NCBI GenBank assembly: GCA_963422395.1 | Contig: OY729431.1 | Span: forward strand, 896,001 to 960,000 | DNA: 64,000 nt | Direction of reading: 5' to 3' | From: Vicinamibacteria bacterium | Lineage (GTDB): Bacteria; Acidobacteriota; Vicinamibacteria; Marinacidobacterales; Marinacidobacteraceae | In this document: positions 47,982-58,146 of the stretch, piece after piece | How positions within the stretch are numbered: position 1 is the first letter of the stretch | Layout: the number at the start of each line of letters is the position of its first letter | Made by a program: the position numbers and the translations under genes | Notes under the pieces: generated by a model | The model's input: the letters and a program-made list of their open reading frames with translations, nothing else | The model's database searches: none | What the model was told of the DNA's origin: nothing

Positions 47982-49179
47982 AAGCCGGGAGATCCGGACC
48001 GCCCGCGGCCTCTTTCCCGCTGCGGAACGCCGCCCATACCTGAATGTGGCGGTGCGGAGCCTGCTCGCCCGCCCGGTACGCGCCGCCTGCGACGAGTACC
48101 TCGACGGGGCGATGGAGGGAGGGCCGGACAAGGAAGGGCTGCTGCGAACGGTGGAGCTCGGCCGGTCGCGCTTCGCCCGCTGGATCGGCGCCGAGGCCGA
48201 CGAGGTGGCCTGGACCCGGAATGTGACCGATGGGCTGAACCTGTTTCTCAGCTCCCTCGACTGGCGGGGCGGCGACGAGGTCGTCTATTGCCCGGACCTG
48301 GAGCATCCGTCGAATGTCCTTCCCTGGCGGAACCTCGCGGTGCGCCGGGGGGTACGGCTCGTCGCCGTGCCGGCGGCCGGCGGCCGGCTGCCGTCGGTCC
48401 GGATGGCGGAAGCGGTCGGTCCGCGCACTCGGGTCATCACGGCGGCGACGGTGTCCTATTCCCCCGGGTTCATCGCCGATCTCGCCCCGCTGCGGGAGGC
48501 GCGGAATCGGCACGGCGCGCTTCTCGTGCTCGACGCCGCGCAGTCCGTGGGGGTGCTTCGCACCGATGTGAACCAGCTCGGCGCCGATGTCCTCGCGGTG
48601 GCCAACCAGAAAGCGCTCTCGGCCTTCTACGGGACGGGCTTCCTGTACTGCCGGCGCGGAGTCGCCGAAACTCTGGTTCCGGCTGCGCTCGGGCGCTACG
48701 GGGTGGACCTGAAGCAGGCTTCCGAAACCGCGCTGCCGGGGGCTGCGCTTCTCTACGCGCCGGGGGCGCGCCGTTTCGACCTCGGCAACTACAACTATCT
48801 CGGCGCGCTGGCCTCCGAGCGAGCGCTGGCCATGCTCTCCGAATTCGGGGCCCCGGAGATCGAAAAGCACACCCTCGGGCTGTCGGCGCGGCTGGCCTCC
48901 GGATTCGCCGCCCTGGGGCTGCCGCCGACCTCGCACGGATCCGGCGCCCGCATCTCCCACATCGTGACCGTCGGAGTCCTGGGCCGGCAGGGGGTGCGCA
49001 CCGCGAGCGACGCCGGGATGGCCGACCTCCATGTCCGGCTCCGGAACGCCGGCGTCGTCCATTCCATCCGCCGTGCCTTGCTTCGCTTTTCGTGCTTCAT
49101 CTACAACGACGAGGCCGATGTGGACCGGGTGCTCGAAATCGCCCGCGAGTGGCGGCGCGGGTTCCGCGGCGCCGCCTGA
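47974..49179 (+). CDS. PLP-dependent aminotransferase class V family protein
   Basis: YLNVA, NVTDGL, LEHPSNVLPW and LDAAQSVG motifs; PLP Lys in NQKAL; YNDEADVDR. Confidence 0.88.
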   Translation: MPESREIRTARGLFPAAERRPYLNVAVRSLLARPVRAACDEYLDGAMEGGPDKEGLLRTVELGRSRFARWIGAEADEVAWTRNVTDGLNLFLSSLDWRGGDEVVYCPDLEHPSNVLPWRNLAVRRGVRLVAVPAAGGRLPSVRMAEAVGPRTRVITAATVSYSPGFIADLAPLREARNRHGALLVLDAAQSVGVLRTDVNQLGADVLAVANQKALSAFYGTGFLYCRRGVAETLVPAALGRYGVDLKQASETALPGAALLYAPGARRFDLGNYNYLGALASERALAMLSEFGAPEIEKHTLGLSARLASGFAALGLPPTSHGSGARISHIVTVGVLGRQGVRTASDAGMADLHVRLRNAGVVHSIRRALLRFSCFIYNDEADVDRVLEIAREWRRGFRGAA

Positions 49180-49273
49180 CCGCTCGGCTGCCTTCCTCCC
49201 CGTTCGATTCCCTGTCGATTCGAGGCATTGCGGGCAGTCTTGGAGCTGGTGTCCTGAAACTGGGGATGGGGCG

Positions 49274-49316
49274 CTAGTAGAAGTGGCGCGAGCCCCGAGA
49301 GCGGGGAGGCGCCCGG
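49274..49316 (+). repeat. MITE-like repeat, short end remnant (copy 5)
   Basis: CTAGTAGAAGTGGCGCGAGCCCCGAGAGCGGGGAGGCGCCCGG matches the reverse complement of copy 4 at about 24663-24700. Confidence 0.65.
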
Positions 49317-49399
49317 GTTCCAAGGCTCCCGTAGAATGTCCGCCCCCGAATCGGGCGGCCGGCGGGCCGACCCCTGATCGAGTCCGAGGAGGACGCCCC

Positions 49400-49897
49400 A
49401 TGAAACGAACGCTTTCCATCGCCGGCGCCGCGCTGGCGGCCGCGGCGCTGGCAGCCGCGCACCCGCACTTCAACAAGACGGTGACGACCACCATCGGTGA
49501 GGTCGAGGTCTCGGTGTCCTACAACTCGACCGACGCCAACATGGAGCGGGTGTCCGCCGTCGAGGCGGGCGCCTTCGTGAGCCCTCGCGGCCCGCGCCTC
49601 CTGGTCGGCTCCGAAGTGACTGCGGGCGACGAGACGATCGCCGCCGGCGAGTACACCATCGGCGTGATGAAGGGAGACGACGGCTCCTGGACCATGGCGC
49701 TCCACGAGGGCCGGATCCCCCGCGGCGAGATGCCCGACATGGGCAAGGTGATGCGGCTGGACTCGCGTTATTCCGAGAGCATGGGCACTGCGGAGCACAT
49801 GCTGATCGACATCACTGCCGGCAGCGGCGACTTCGCCGGCCGCCCGGTGCTGACGATCCACTTCGGCAACATGCACCTCCAGGCCGCGATCGGATAG
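49400..49897 (+). CDS. Secreted protein, DUF2911-like
   Basis: GAGGAGG RBS; signal peptide; VSVSY, IAAGEYTI and LTIHFG motifs. Confidence 0.65.
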   Translation: MKRTLSIAGAALAAAALAAAHPHFNKTVTTTIGEVEVSVSYNSTDANMERVSAVEAGAFVSPRGPRLLVGSEVTAGDETIAAGEYTIGVMKGDDGSWTMALHEGRIPRGEMPDMGKVMRLDSRYSESMGTAEHMLIDITAGSGDFAGRPVLTIHFGNMHLQAAIG

Positions 49898-50139
49898 CAC
49901 TGCTCGGCGGGCCGCCGGTGGAAGCGATCCGTGCCGTTCGCTCCCGGTCCGCCAGCCGGATTCTGCCCCGGGGGTTGGAGGGAACGGGGGAACCTCGCCG
50001 GCCGTAACCCGTGATACTCTTTGCCTTCTGATGCAGCTTGACGGCTCTGCCCAACCTCCCGAACCCGCCCGAGAAAAGCCCCGGGAAACGGTTCGGGGGA
50101 TTGCCGGCTCCGTCGGCGCGCGCTCCCCCGGTACCCGCC

Positions 50140-51498
50140 ATGCCCCTCACCAAGACTCCGTTGCTCGCGGAGACGGTGCGGAAGCTGGTGTCCCGGGGAG
50201 CGTTCGCTAACGCCCACCGCATCCTCGAAAAGCTCCACGCCGCGGATGTGGCGCAGGTTCTCGCCGACCTGCCCGAGGCGTACCGGTTGAAGACCTTCCG
50301 GGTCGTCTTCCAGCGGGATCTGGCGCTCGCCGCTGCCGCCCTGGGAGAACTCGGAACCGACCGGGCGGCCACCCTGGTTCCCCGGCTGGAGCCCGCGGAG
50401 ATCTCCCAGCTCCTCCAGGAGCTCGACCCCGATGACGCGGCGGGTTTCCTGAGCGAACTGCCCGAGGAGCTCCGCGAAGAGGTGCTTCGCGGGATGCGCA
50501 CCCGCGAAGCCTCCGATGTCGAGGATCTGCTCCAGTACCCCGAGGAGACCGCGGGTCGGATCATGAGCCCGAAGGTGTTTTCGATCTCCGAGGACGCCTC
50601 CATCGGCGAGGCGATGAAACGCCTGCAGGAATCGCCCGATGTGGAAATGGTCTTCTACATCTATGTGGTGGACGACCACGGGACCCTGGTGGGCGTACTC
50701 TCGCTGCGCCAGCTCCTGCAGCGGCGCCCGGACGCGCTGCTCTCGGAAGTCATGGTCACCGATGTCCTCCGGGTCCGCACCGAGATGGACCAGGAAGAGG
50801 TCGCCCAGCTGGTCGCCAGCTACAACATCCTGGCGGTGCCGGTGGTGAACCACCAGGGGAAGCTGGTGGGCGTCATCACCGTGGACGATGTGATCGATGT
50901 CCTGAAGGAGGAAGCCACCGAGGACATGTACCGGATGGCGGGGCTCGGCATGGCCGAGAGCGTCTTCACTCGCGCCCGGCGTTCGATCCGCATGCGGATT
51001 CCCTGGCTCACGGTGAACCTCGCCACCGCTTTCCTCGCCGCCTGGGTGGTCAGCCTCTTCGAGCAGGCCATCGCCCGATTCGCGGTGCTGGCGGTGTTCA
51101 TGCCGGTGGTTCCGCTGCTCGGGGGCAACGCGGGGAACCAGACCCTCACCGTGATGGTTCGGGGGATCGCGCTCGGCGAACTGAGCTGGAAGAACAGCCG
51201 GAAGGCTCTGCTCAAGGAGCTCGCGGTCGGGTCGGTGAACGGCCTGGTGATCGGGTTGCTGATCGCCGGGGTGGCCTGGCTCTGGAAGGGCGACCCTCGG
51301 ATCGGGCTCGCTCTCGCCCTCGCGATGCTCGGTACCATGGTGGTCGCCGCGGTCGTCGGCACCCTGATGCCGCTCACCTTGCGCTGGCTGCAGGTGGATC
51401 CTGCGCTCGCCTCCTCGGTGTTCGTCACCACCGCAACCGATGTGGCGGGGTTCGTGCTCTTTCTCGGCCTCGGCACGACGGTGCTGACCTACTTCTGA
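50140..51498 (+). CDS. mgtE: Magnesium transporter MgtE
   Basis: N-domain, YPEETAGRIM, CBS pair, GVITVDDV, RIPWL, GGNAGNQT and DPALASSVFVTTATDV motifs. Confidence 0.95.
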   Translation: MPLTKTPLLAETVRKLVSRGAFANAHRILEKLHAADVAQVLADLPEAYRLKTFRVVFQRDLALAAAALGELGTDRAATLVPRLEPAEISQLLQELDPDDAAGFLSELPEELREEVLRGMRTREASDVEDLLQYPEETAGRIMSPKVFSISEDASIGEAMKRLQESPDVEMVFYIYVVDDHGTLVGVLSLRQLLQRRPDALLSEVMVTDVLRVRTEMDQEEVAQLVASYNILAVPVVNHQGKLVGVITVDDVIDVLKEEATEDMYRMAGLGMAESVFTRARRSIRMRIPWLTVNLATAFLAAWVVSLFEQAIARFAVLAVFMPVVPLLGGNAGNQTLTVMVRGIALGELSWKNSRKALLKELAVGSVNGLVIGLLIAGVAWLWKGDPRIGLALALAMLGTMVVAAVVGTLMPLTLRWLQVDPALASSVFVTTATDVAGFVLFLGLGTTVLTYF

Positions 51499-51527
51499 GC
51501 TGCCGTCCGAAATCCGGGGCCGACCCG

Positions 51528-52301
51528 ATGCCTCTCCGACAGTCGCGATGTTTCGTATTGCGCACCTACCCGGTGCGGGAAGCCGACAAGATCGCCGTCC
51601 TCTTCAGCGGAGAGGAGGGCAAGGTGCGCGGCTGGGCCCGGGGTGCCCGCCGTCCGAAGTCCCGTTTCGGCAGTTCAATCGACACCGGGAACGAAGTGGA
51701 GGTGTCGTGGTTCGAGCGCGAGGGCAGGGAACTGGTGCAGGTGGACCGCTGCGATCTCGTCGCCTCGGCGCTGCCGCTCGTCCGCGATCCGGTCCGCGCC
51801 GCCGCCATCCGCTACCTGTCGGAACTCGTGGACTCCTTCGCGCCGGACCGGGAAGGGAACCCGAAGCTCTACCGCCTGATCGGTGCCAGCCGTGACGCAC
51901 TCCTCGGCGAGCGTCCGGCGGAGCTCGTGGTCGCCTATTTCGAAGCGTGGATCCTGCGCCTGTCGGGGCTCTATCCCCGGCCGGGCCGCTGCGGCTGCGG
52001 TGAGGGGTTCGAAAAGGCAGGAGCGAGCTTCTTCGCCGGCGGGCCGTCGTTCCGCTGCCCTGCCTGCACCGCCCGCCGGGGAGAGCCGACGATGCGGGTC
52101 TCGCCGGGCGCACTGGGCCTGCTGGCCGAATTCTGGGTGCACCCGCCCGCGGCGGTGACTGCCGAACCCCGGGCCGCCGAGGAGCTCTTCCGCTTCCACG
52201 GGCGGCTCGCCGCCGCCTCCGCCGAAAGGGCGCTTCCCGCGCGCGCCACGCTCGAAGAGAGGCTCCGCTCGGCCTCTGGGAGCGTCAGAATTCCGGCGTG
52301 A
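51528..52301 (+). CDS. recO: DNA repair protein RecO
   Basis: [30 protein letters not shown] and zinc-finger Cys residues; upstream of glyQ. Confidence 0.92.
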   Translation: MPLRQSRCFVLRTYPVREADKIAVLFSGEEGKVRGWARGARRPKSRFGSSIDTGNEVEVSWFEREGRELVQVDRCDLVASALPLVRDPVRAAAIRYLSELVDSFAPDREGNPKLYRLIGASRDALLGERPAELVVAYFEAWILRLSGLYPRPGRCGCGEGFEKAGASFFAGGPSFRCPACTARRGEPTMRVSPGALGLLAEFWVHPPAAVTAEPRAAEELFRFHGRLAAASAERALPARATLEERLRSASGSVRIPA

Positions 52302-53143
52302 TGACCTTCCAGGATCTGATCCGCACCCTCACCGCCTTCTGGGCGGAGCGGGGCGCCCTGGTCGCCCAGCCCTATGACCTGGAGATGGGCGCCGGCACGA
52401 TGCACCCCGAGACCTTTTTTCGGGTGCTCGGCCCTGCTCCCTGGAAGGTCGTGTATGTCCAGCCCTCCCGCCGCCCGGCAGACGGGCGCTACGGCGAAAA
52501 TCCGAACCGCCTCGGCAAGCACCACCAGCTCCAGCTGATCCTGAAGCCGGCTCCGCAGGACATCCAGGACCTCTATCTCGAAAGCCTCGCTTCCTGCGGA
52601 GTGGATGCCGCGGAGCACGATCTGCGTTTCGAGGAGGACAACTGGGCGGCGCCCACCCTCGGCGCCTGGGGTGTCGGCTGGCAGGTGGTGCTCGACGGTC
52701 TCGAAATCAGCCAGTTCACCTACTTCCAGCAGTCCGGCGGCGTCGAACTCGCCCCCGTCTCGGTGGAGATCACCTACGGCCTCGAGCGCCTCGCCATGTA
52801 CCTCCAGGATGTTGAGGATGTGTACGACCTCGCCTGGGCGCCCGGGGTGCGCTATCGGGAAGTGCGTCGGCGGGACGAGGTCGAGGGTTCGCGCTACGCC
52901 TTCGAAGAGGCGGACCTCGCGGTTCTCGCCCGGGGCTTCGCCGAGGCGGTCGCCGACGGCCGGCGGCTCCTCGAAAGTGGGCTCGTGATCCCGGGGTACG
53001 AGTGCTGCCTCCGGGCTTCGCACCTGTTCAACCTGCTCGATGCCCGCGGCGCGGTCTCGGTGAGCGACCGCCCGGCGCGCATCCTGGCGGTGCGCCGGCT
53101 GGCGCTGCGGGCGGCGGCTCGTTTCCTGGAAGACGCCGCATGA
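52298..53143 (+). CDS. glyQ: Glycine--tRNA ligase alpha subunit
   Basis: [38 protein letters not shown] and [11 protein letters not shown] motifs. Confidence 0.96.
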   Translation: MMTFQDLIRTLTAFWAERGALVAQPYDLEMGAGTMHPETFFRVLGPAPWKVVYVQPSRRPADGRYGENPNRLGKHHQLQLILKPAPQDIQDLYLESLASCGVDAAEHDLRFEEDNWAAPTLGAWGVGWQVVLDGLEISQFTYFQQSGGVELAPVSVEITYGLERLAMYLQDVEDVYDLAWAPGVRYREVRRRDEVEGSRYAFEEADLAVLARGFAEAVADGRRLLESGLVIPGYECCLRASHLFNLLDARGAVSVSDRPARILAVRRLALRAAARFLEDAA

Positions 53144-55305
53144 GCGCCTCCGAGTCGGCCGAGCTGCTGCTCGAGATCGGCTGCGAGGAGATCCCCGCCG
53201 ACTGGCTGAGCCCTCTCGTCGAGGGGTTCGGCAAGGCGGTTGCGGACGGGCTGCACGGTGTCGGGCTGCATGGCGCCGCTGGGGAAGTCGAGGGCTGCGG
53301 AACCCCCCGGCGGCTGGTGGCTCGAGCCCGGTCGGCGGCTCTCCGGCAGCCGGACCGCCTGGAACGGATCACCGGCCCTCCCGCACGAGTGGGGCGAGAC
53401 GAAAACGGCTGGACCCGCGCGGCGGTCGGGTTCGCCCGGCGGCACGGAATCGAGAGTGCCGAACTCGACGCTCGAATGCAGCTGGTGTCCACTCCCCGCG
53501 GCGACTATCTCGGGATCGAGCGCCGCGTCCTCGGCCGCCCGGCGATGGAAGTCCTGCCGGGAGTGGTCGAGGGTGCGCTCCGGGCGCTCCCGTTTCGGAA
53601 GACGATGCACTGGGATGCCTCGATCTCCGGCGAGCCGTTCCCTTTCGGGCGGCCGATCCGCTGGATCGTGGCGCTCCTCGGCGGGCAGGTCATTCCGTTC
53701 CGCATCGAGGTCGCCGGGGGCGAACCGGTCGTCGCCGGCAACCGGAGTCGGGGGCACCGGTTCCGGTCGCGCATCGGGAAGCCCGGCGAGTCCTTCGAAG
53801 TGGATTCCTTCGCGTCGCTCCGGAAAGAGTTGCGGGAGCGCTTCGTCATCCTCGACCCGAAGGAGCGGCAGCAGAAGCTGTCGCGGGCTCTAGACGGCGC
53901 CGCCCGCGGAAGCGGCGGCCTTTTCGAAACCCCTTCGCAGCATCACCACCTCGTCGAATACCCGGGTGCGGTGCTCGGCCGCTACTCCGAGGATTTTCGT
54001 GCTCTGCCGATGGAAATCCGGCGCGCCGTGCTGGTGCATCACCAGAAATACCTGCCGGTCGAGGAGGAGTGCGCCTTCCTCGCCGTCGTGAACATGCCGG
54101 ACGATCCGCAAGGGCACATCCGGCGCGGCGTCGAACGGGTCGTGCGCGCTCGGCTCCGCGACGCCCGGTTCTTCTGGGACGGGGACCGGAAGACCCGGCT
54201 GGCGGAACGCCGCGCCGGGCTCGCGGAAGTCGTCTTCCACCAGCGCCTCGGCAGCCTCGGAGAGAAGGCCGACCGGATGGAGCGGCTCGCCCGCTGGATC
54301 GCTTCTCGGATCGGGGCCGCCCACGAGGCGGCGGCGGAGGCTGCCGGACTCGCCAAGTGCGATCTCACGAGCGGGCTAGTGGGCGAATTCGCCTCGCTCC
54401 AGGGGGTCGTCGGCGGGCTGCTGCTCCGCGAGGAGGGCGCGCCGAAGGAGATCTGGAGTGCGGTGTACGACCACTACCGGCCAGCGGGTCTCGACGGCGA
54501 ACTGCCGCGAACAGTGGAAGGCGCGGCCGTCTCGCTCGCCGACCGCGCGGACACCCTCGCGGGCTTCTTCCTCGCGGGAGAGGCTCCCTCCGGTTCGGGA
54601 GATCCCTACGGCCTCCGGCGAGCGGCCTTCTCGCTGCTCCGGACGCTGGCCGACGGTCCGGCGTTGCAAAGCATCGGAGATTGGCCGTCGCCCGCGGCCC
54701 TCCTCGACGAGGCGCTTTCCGGATACCCGAGTCTCGGGGAGGAATCGGCGCGGCGCGCCGCCCGCGCCGACCTGCACATCTTCCTCGAAGAGCGGCTCCA
54801 CCACGCCTTCGGGCGGGATTTCTCGAGAGGCGCCGTCCGCACCGTGCTCTCTCGACAACTCTCTCGACGAGGCGTCGAACTACGGGTGGACGACGCCCGG
54901 ATGCGGATCCATGCCCTCGAGGAAGCAAGCAGCTCCGGGGATCTTTCGGCCCTGTCGATCGCGGCCACCCGGGTGCGCCGTATCCTGCCGCCCGAGGCGC
55001 AGCAGGGCTCGGACCCGCGGCGGGATCTGCTCGCCGAGCCCGCCGAAGAGGCGCTGCTCCTCGGTCTCGAGGTGACCGAAGCGCGGGTGCGGGAGCGCTT
55101 CGGCCGGGACGACTACACCGGCGGTCTGTCCGAGCTGGCGGCGCTCCGGCCGCAGGTGGATCGGTTCTTCGACGAGGTGCTGGTGATGGTGGACGACCCC
55201 GAAGTCCGCGCCAACCGGCTCGCGCTGCTGGCCCGGCTAGACGCCCTCTTCTCCCAGGTGGGAGACTTGCGCGAGCTCGCCGCCACCGCCGCTGCGGAGC
55301 GCTGA
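53140..55305 (+). CDS. glyS: Glycine--tRNA ligase beta subunit
   Basis: [41 protein letters not shown] and FFDEVLVM...NRLALL motifs. Confidence 0.95.
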   Translation: MSASESAELLLEIGCEEIPADWLSPLVEGFGKAVADGLHGVGLHGAAGEVEGCGTPRRLVARARSAALRQPDRLERITGPPARVGRDENGWTRAAVGFARRHGIESAELDARMQLVSTPRGDYLGIERRVLGRPAMEVLPGVVEGALRALPFRKTMHWDASISGEPFPFGRPIRWIVALLGGQVIPFRIEVAGGEPVVAGNRSRGHRFRSRIGKPGESFEVDSFASLRKELRERFVILDPKERQQKLSRALDGAARGSGGLFETPSQHHHLVEYPGAVLGRYSEDFRALPMEIRRAVLVHHQKYLPVEEECAFLAVVNMPDDPQGHIRRGVERVVRARLRDARFFWDGDRKTRLAERRAGLAEVVFHQRLGSLGEKADRMERLARWIASRIGAAHEAAAEAAGLAKCDLTSGLVGEFASLQGVVGGLLLREEGAPKEIWSAVYDHYRPAGLDGELPRTVEGAAVSLADRADTLAGFFLAGEAPSGSGDPYGLRRAAFSLLRTLADGPALQSIGDWPSPAALLDEALSGYPSLGEESARRAARADLHIFLEERLHHAFGRDFSRGAVRTVLSRQLSRRGVELRVDDARMRIHALEEASSSGDLSALSIAATRVRRILPPEAQQGSDPRRDLLAEPAEEALLLGLEVTEARVRERFGRDDYTGGLSELAALRPQVDRFFDEVLVMVDDPEVRANRLALLARLDALFSQVGDLRELAATAAAER

Positions 55306-55341
55306 GCAGCTGCGCTCGGGACTCGCCTGCAGGTCGAGCTG

Positions 55342-57114
55342 ATGGCCCGAATCCACCGCCTTCCGCCCGCCGTCTCCAATCAGATCGCCGCCGGGGAGGT
55401 GGTCGAACGCCCCGCTGCGGTGGTGCGCGAACTCGTCGAGAATTCGATCGACGCCGGAGCTTCCGGAGTTTCGGTGCGGGTGCGCCGGGCAGGGAAGGCG
55501 GAGATCCGGGTGAGCGACGACGGCGTGGGGATGAGTCCGGAAGACGCCCGGCTCGCCCTCGAACGCCACGCCACCAGCAAGATCGAATCTGTGGACGATC
55601 TGGCCGCGATCGGCTCGCTCGGGTTCCGCGGCGAGGCGCTGCCTTCGATCGCCTCGGTGTCCCGCTTCCGTCTGCGGACCCGCGAACGGGAGGCAGACGC
55701 CGGCTGGGAGATCCGGATCGAGGGAGGCGGGGAGGGGGCCGGCCGAGAGGGGGTGCCGGCGGGCCTACCGACGGGGATGCCGCCGGGGACCGTGGTCGAA
55801 GTGCGCGATCTGTTCTTCAACACTCCGGCCCGGCGCAAGTTCCTGCGGGCGGAGAGCACCGAGTCGTCGCACATCGTCGCTGCGGTCAGCCATCTCGCGG
55901 TCGCCTGGCCCCAGGTGCGCTTCGACCTCGAAAGCGGCGGCCGGCGGGTACTCGCCCTCGATCCCGCCGGGGATACGGCGTCCCGACTCGCGCAGCTGGA
56001 ACCGCGCTTTTGTCGGGACGCCATCACGGTTGCGCCCCGAGCCGGCGATCCCGCCCTTCGGGCCTTCCTTTCTCCGCCGATGGCGGCGCGCGGCGCCGCC
56101 TCCCGCCTGCTCCTCTTCGTGAATGGCCGCCCGATCCGGGACCGCCGGCTCTACCACGCGGTCACCGAGGCCTACCGCCGGGTGTCGCGCCTCTCGGGAA
56201 CGCCCAAGGCGTATATGTTTCTCGAGATCGCCCCCGAACTCGTGGACTTCAATGTCCATCCGGCGAAGGCGGAGGTGCGGTTCTCCGAACCCGAGGCGGC
56301 CTACCGCGCGGTCTTCCGCGGGGTGCTGGAAGCGCTCGAGGGGTCGCCGAAGCAGGTGGACCTCGGCGCTGCGGCGGGGCCTCCGGGCGCCGGGGGCGCG
56401 GGCGGACGGGGGGACAGTAGGGCGCGCGAACCGGTCGCTTCGCTCGGCAAGGACGGCGGGAGGGACGGGCGGTCGATCGGCGAGCTGCTCTACGGCGCCG
56501 AGACGGGCGAACCCGCCGCTCCCGCGTATCTCGGCTTCGGCGACACCCCGCCGATCGTCCTCGGGCAGTTCCGCCGCACCTACATCCTGGCCGAGGGTGA
56601 CGATGAACTGCTGCTCATCGACCAGCACGCCGCCGAAGAACGGGTGCTCTTCAACGGGCTCATGGAGCGCTCACCAGCCGGCGGGACGCTCTCCCTGCTG
56701 CAGCCGGTTCCGCTGCAGCTCTCTCCGGTGGAGCGGGCGGCGCTCGCGGACGAACGGGAGCGGCTCGCCGCGGCCGGGTTCGAGATCGAGTCGTTCGGCG
56801 AAGATTCCTGGATCCTGCGGGGAGTTCCCGAAGTGCTCGGCGCCGGCCGCGGGGTCGAGGTCCTGATGCGCTCGCTCGCGGTCGAGGAAGGCGAGTGTCC
56901 CTTGAGTGCCGGCCACGACGCCAAGGCCCGGATCATGGCGCGGATCGCCTGCCACGCGGCGATCACCGCGAATGTCCGGCTCGGCGTCGAGCGCATGGAC
57001 GAGGTCCTGCGCTCGCTCTGGGCAGCATCGAACCCCTCCACCTGCCCCCACGGGCGCCCCACCGTCCTCCGCCTCGACCTGCAGTTCCTCGAACGCCGTT
57101 TCCGCCGCAGGTAA
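55342..57114 (+). CDS. mutL: DNA mismatch repair endonuclease MutL
   Basis: NQIAAGEVVERP, ENSIDAG, GFRGEAL, DFNVHPAK, DQHAAEER, ACH and CPHGRP motifs. Confidence 0.96.
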   Translation: MARIHRLPPAVSNQIAAGEVVERPAAVVRELVENSIDAGASGVSVRVRRAGKAEIRVSDDGVGMSPEDARLALERHATSKIESVDDLAAIGSLGFRGEALPSIASVSRFRLRTREREADAGWEIRIEGGGEGAGREGVPAGLPTGMPPGTVVEVRDLFFNTPARRKFLRAESTESSHIVAAVSHLAVAWPQVRFDLESGGRRVLALDPAGDTASRLAQLEPRFCRDAITVAPRAGDPALRAFLSPPMAARGAASRLLLFVNGRPIRDRRLYHAVTEAYRRVSRLSGTPKAYMFLEIAPELVDFNVHPAKAEVRFSEPEAAYRAVFRGVLEALEGSPKQVDLGAAAGPPGAGGAGGRGDSRAREPVASLGKDGGRDGRSIGELLYGAETGEPAAPAYLGFGDTPPIVLGQFRRTYILAEGDDELLLIDQHAAEERVLFNGLMERSPAGGTLSLLQPVPLQLSPVERAALADERERLAAAGFEIESFGEDSWILRGVPEVLGAGRGVEVLMRSLAVEEGECPLSAGHDAKARIMARIACHAAITANVRLGVERMDEVLRSLWAASNPSTCPHGRPTVLRLDLQFLERRFRRR

Positions 57115-57131
57115 CGGCTGTCGAAACCCTG

Positions 57132-57395
57132 ATGGCCCGCCGCCAACGACTCCGGAAGCCGCGCGGTAGGCATTTCGGCAGGAAACCGCTCCCCTCCGCG
57201 GTCACTCTCGCCTGGGTCCGTTACTTCGCCGGGCGGACGCTCCAGCTGGCGGGGATGCTGCTCGTGACCGCAGCGGCGGCGCTCTTCTTCGGGGCCGATG
57301 CCGAACGGCGCATGCTGGCGGCTACCGGCGCCGGAGCGCTGGTCTTCGTCCTCGGCTGGTGGATGGCCAGGAAACGGCCGCCCGCCGCGCGCTGA
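57132..57395 (+). CDS. Small two-TM membrane protein
   Basis: Two hydrophobic helices (RTLQLAGMLLV..., ALVFVLGWWM); start uncertain. Confidence 0.55.
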   Translation: MARRQRLRKPRGRHFGRKPLPSAVTLAWVRYFAGRTLQLAGMLLVTAAAALFFGADAERRMLAATGAGALVFVLGWWMARKRPPAAR

Positions 57396-57459
57396 CCGAG
57401 AAGACCGACCAGGAAGATCGAACGGGAAGACCGACGGAACGAAGGCTGACTGGAAGCGT

Positions 57460-57897
57460 TCAGCCGCCGATGCCGTCGGCGCTGAAGAAGCGGACTACCG
57501 CCTCGAGCTCTTCCTTTTCCTGGTCCAGCTTGTACTGCAGCACATTCCGCACGCTGGCGATGGCGAGCACTCGGTCTCCGTCCATGATCGGCAGATGGCG
57601 GAAGTGGTGGGTGACCATGATTTCGAGCGCCTTCTCGATGGAGGTCTCCTGCGTGATGGTCACCGGGTTCCGGGTCATCGCTTCCCCGACGGTCGTGGTT
57701 TCGGGGTCGAGATGCCGGGCGACCACGCGGGTCATCAAATCGCGTTCGCTGAACATGCCGGCGAGCGTGCCGTCCGGATGCACGACCACCGCGGCGCCCA
57801 CCCGGTCCCGGACCATCGCCTCGACAGCGCCGCAGACGGTTTCCTCGGGCGGAATCCGCGTCGCGGGCCGGTGAGCGATCTTGAGGAGTGGTTCCAT
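57460..57897 (-). CDS. CBS domain pair protein
   Basis: GMFSERDL, VGEAMTRNP and FRHLPI motifs; GAAGGA RBS. Confidence 0.9.
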   Translation of the reverse strand: MEPLLKIAHRPATRIPPEETVCGAVEAMVRDRVGAAVVVHPDGTLAGMFSERDLMTRVVARHLDPETTTVGEAMTRNPVTITQETSIEKALEIMVTHHFRHLPIMDGDRVLAIASVRNVLQYKLDQEKEELEAVVRFFSADGIGG

Positions 57898-58146
57898 GGT
57901 CGTTCCTTCGGTATTTCCGGCGTGCTTTCCGAAAAGCAGCCGAAAAGAACAGCCGAGGAACAGCGGAATCGAGGGCCCGATCCCTCCGGCTCCGCTGCCT
58001 CCCGAATTCGGCAGGCACACCCGGCGGAACCGCCTCCCGGAAAGAACCGACTTCGCGAATCGGAGTTTCGCAGAAGCCGGAGGGGATCGCAATTGCCGCC
58101 TCCCGACACTTCGTCCACAGGTTGCTAGGCTGACCGGCAGGACCTC

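Noticed and set aside
56619-56660. MutL endonuclease motif ends in N (DQHAAEERVLFN) instead of the usual E
   Set aside because: The core DQHA-x2-E, ACH and CPHGRP motifs are intact; a single variant residue is not enough to claim altered function
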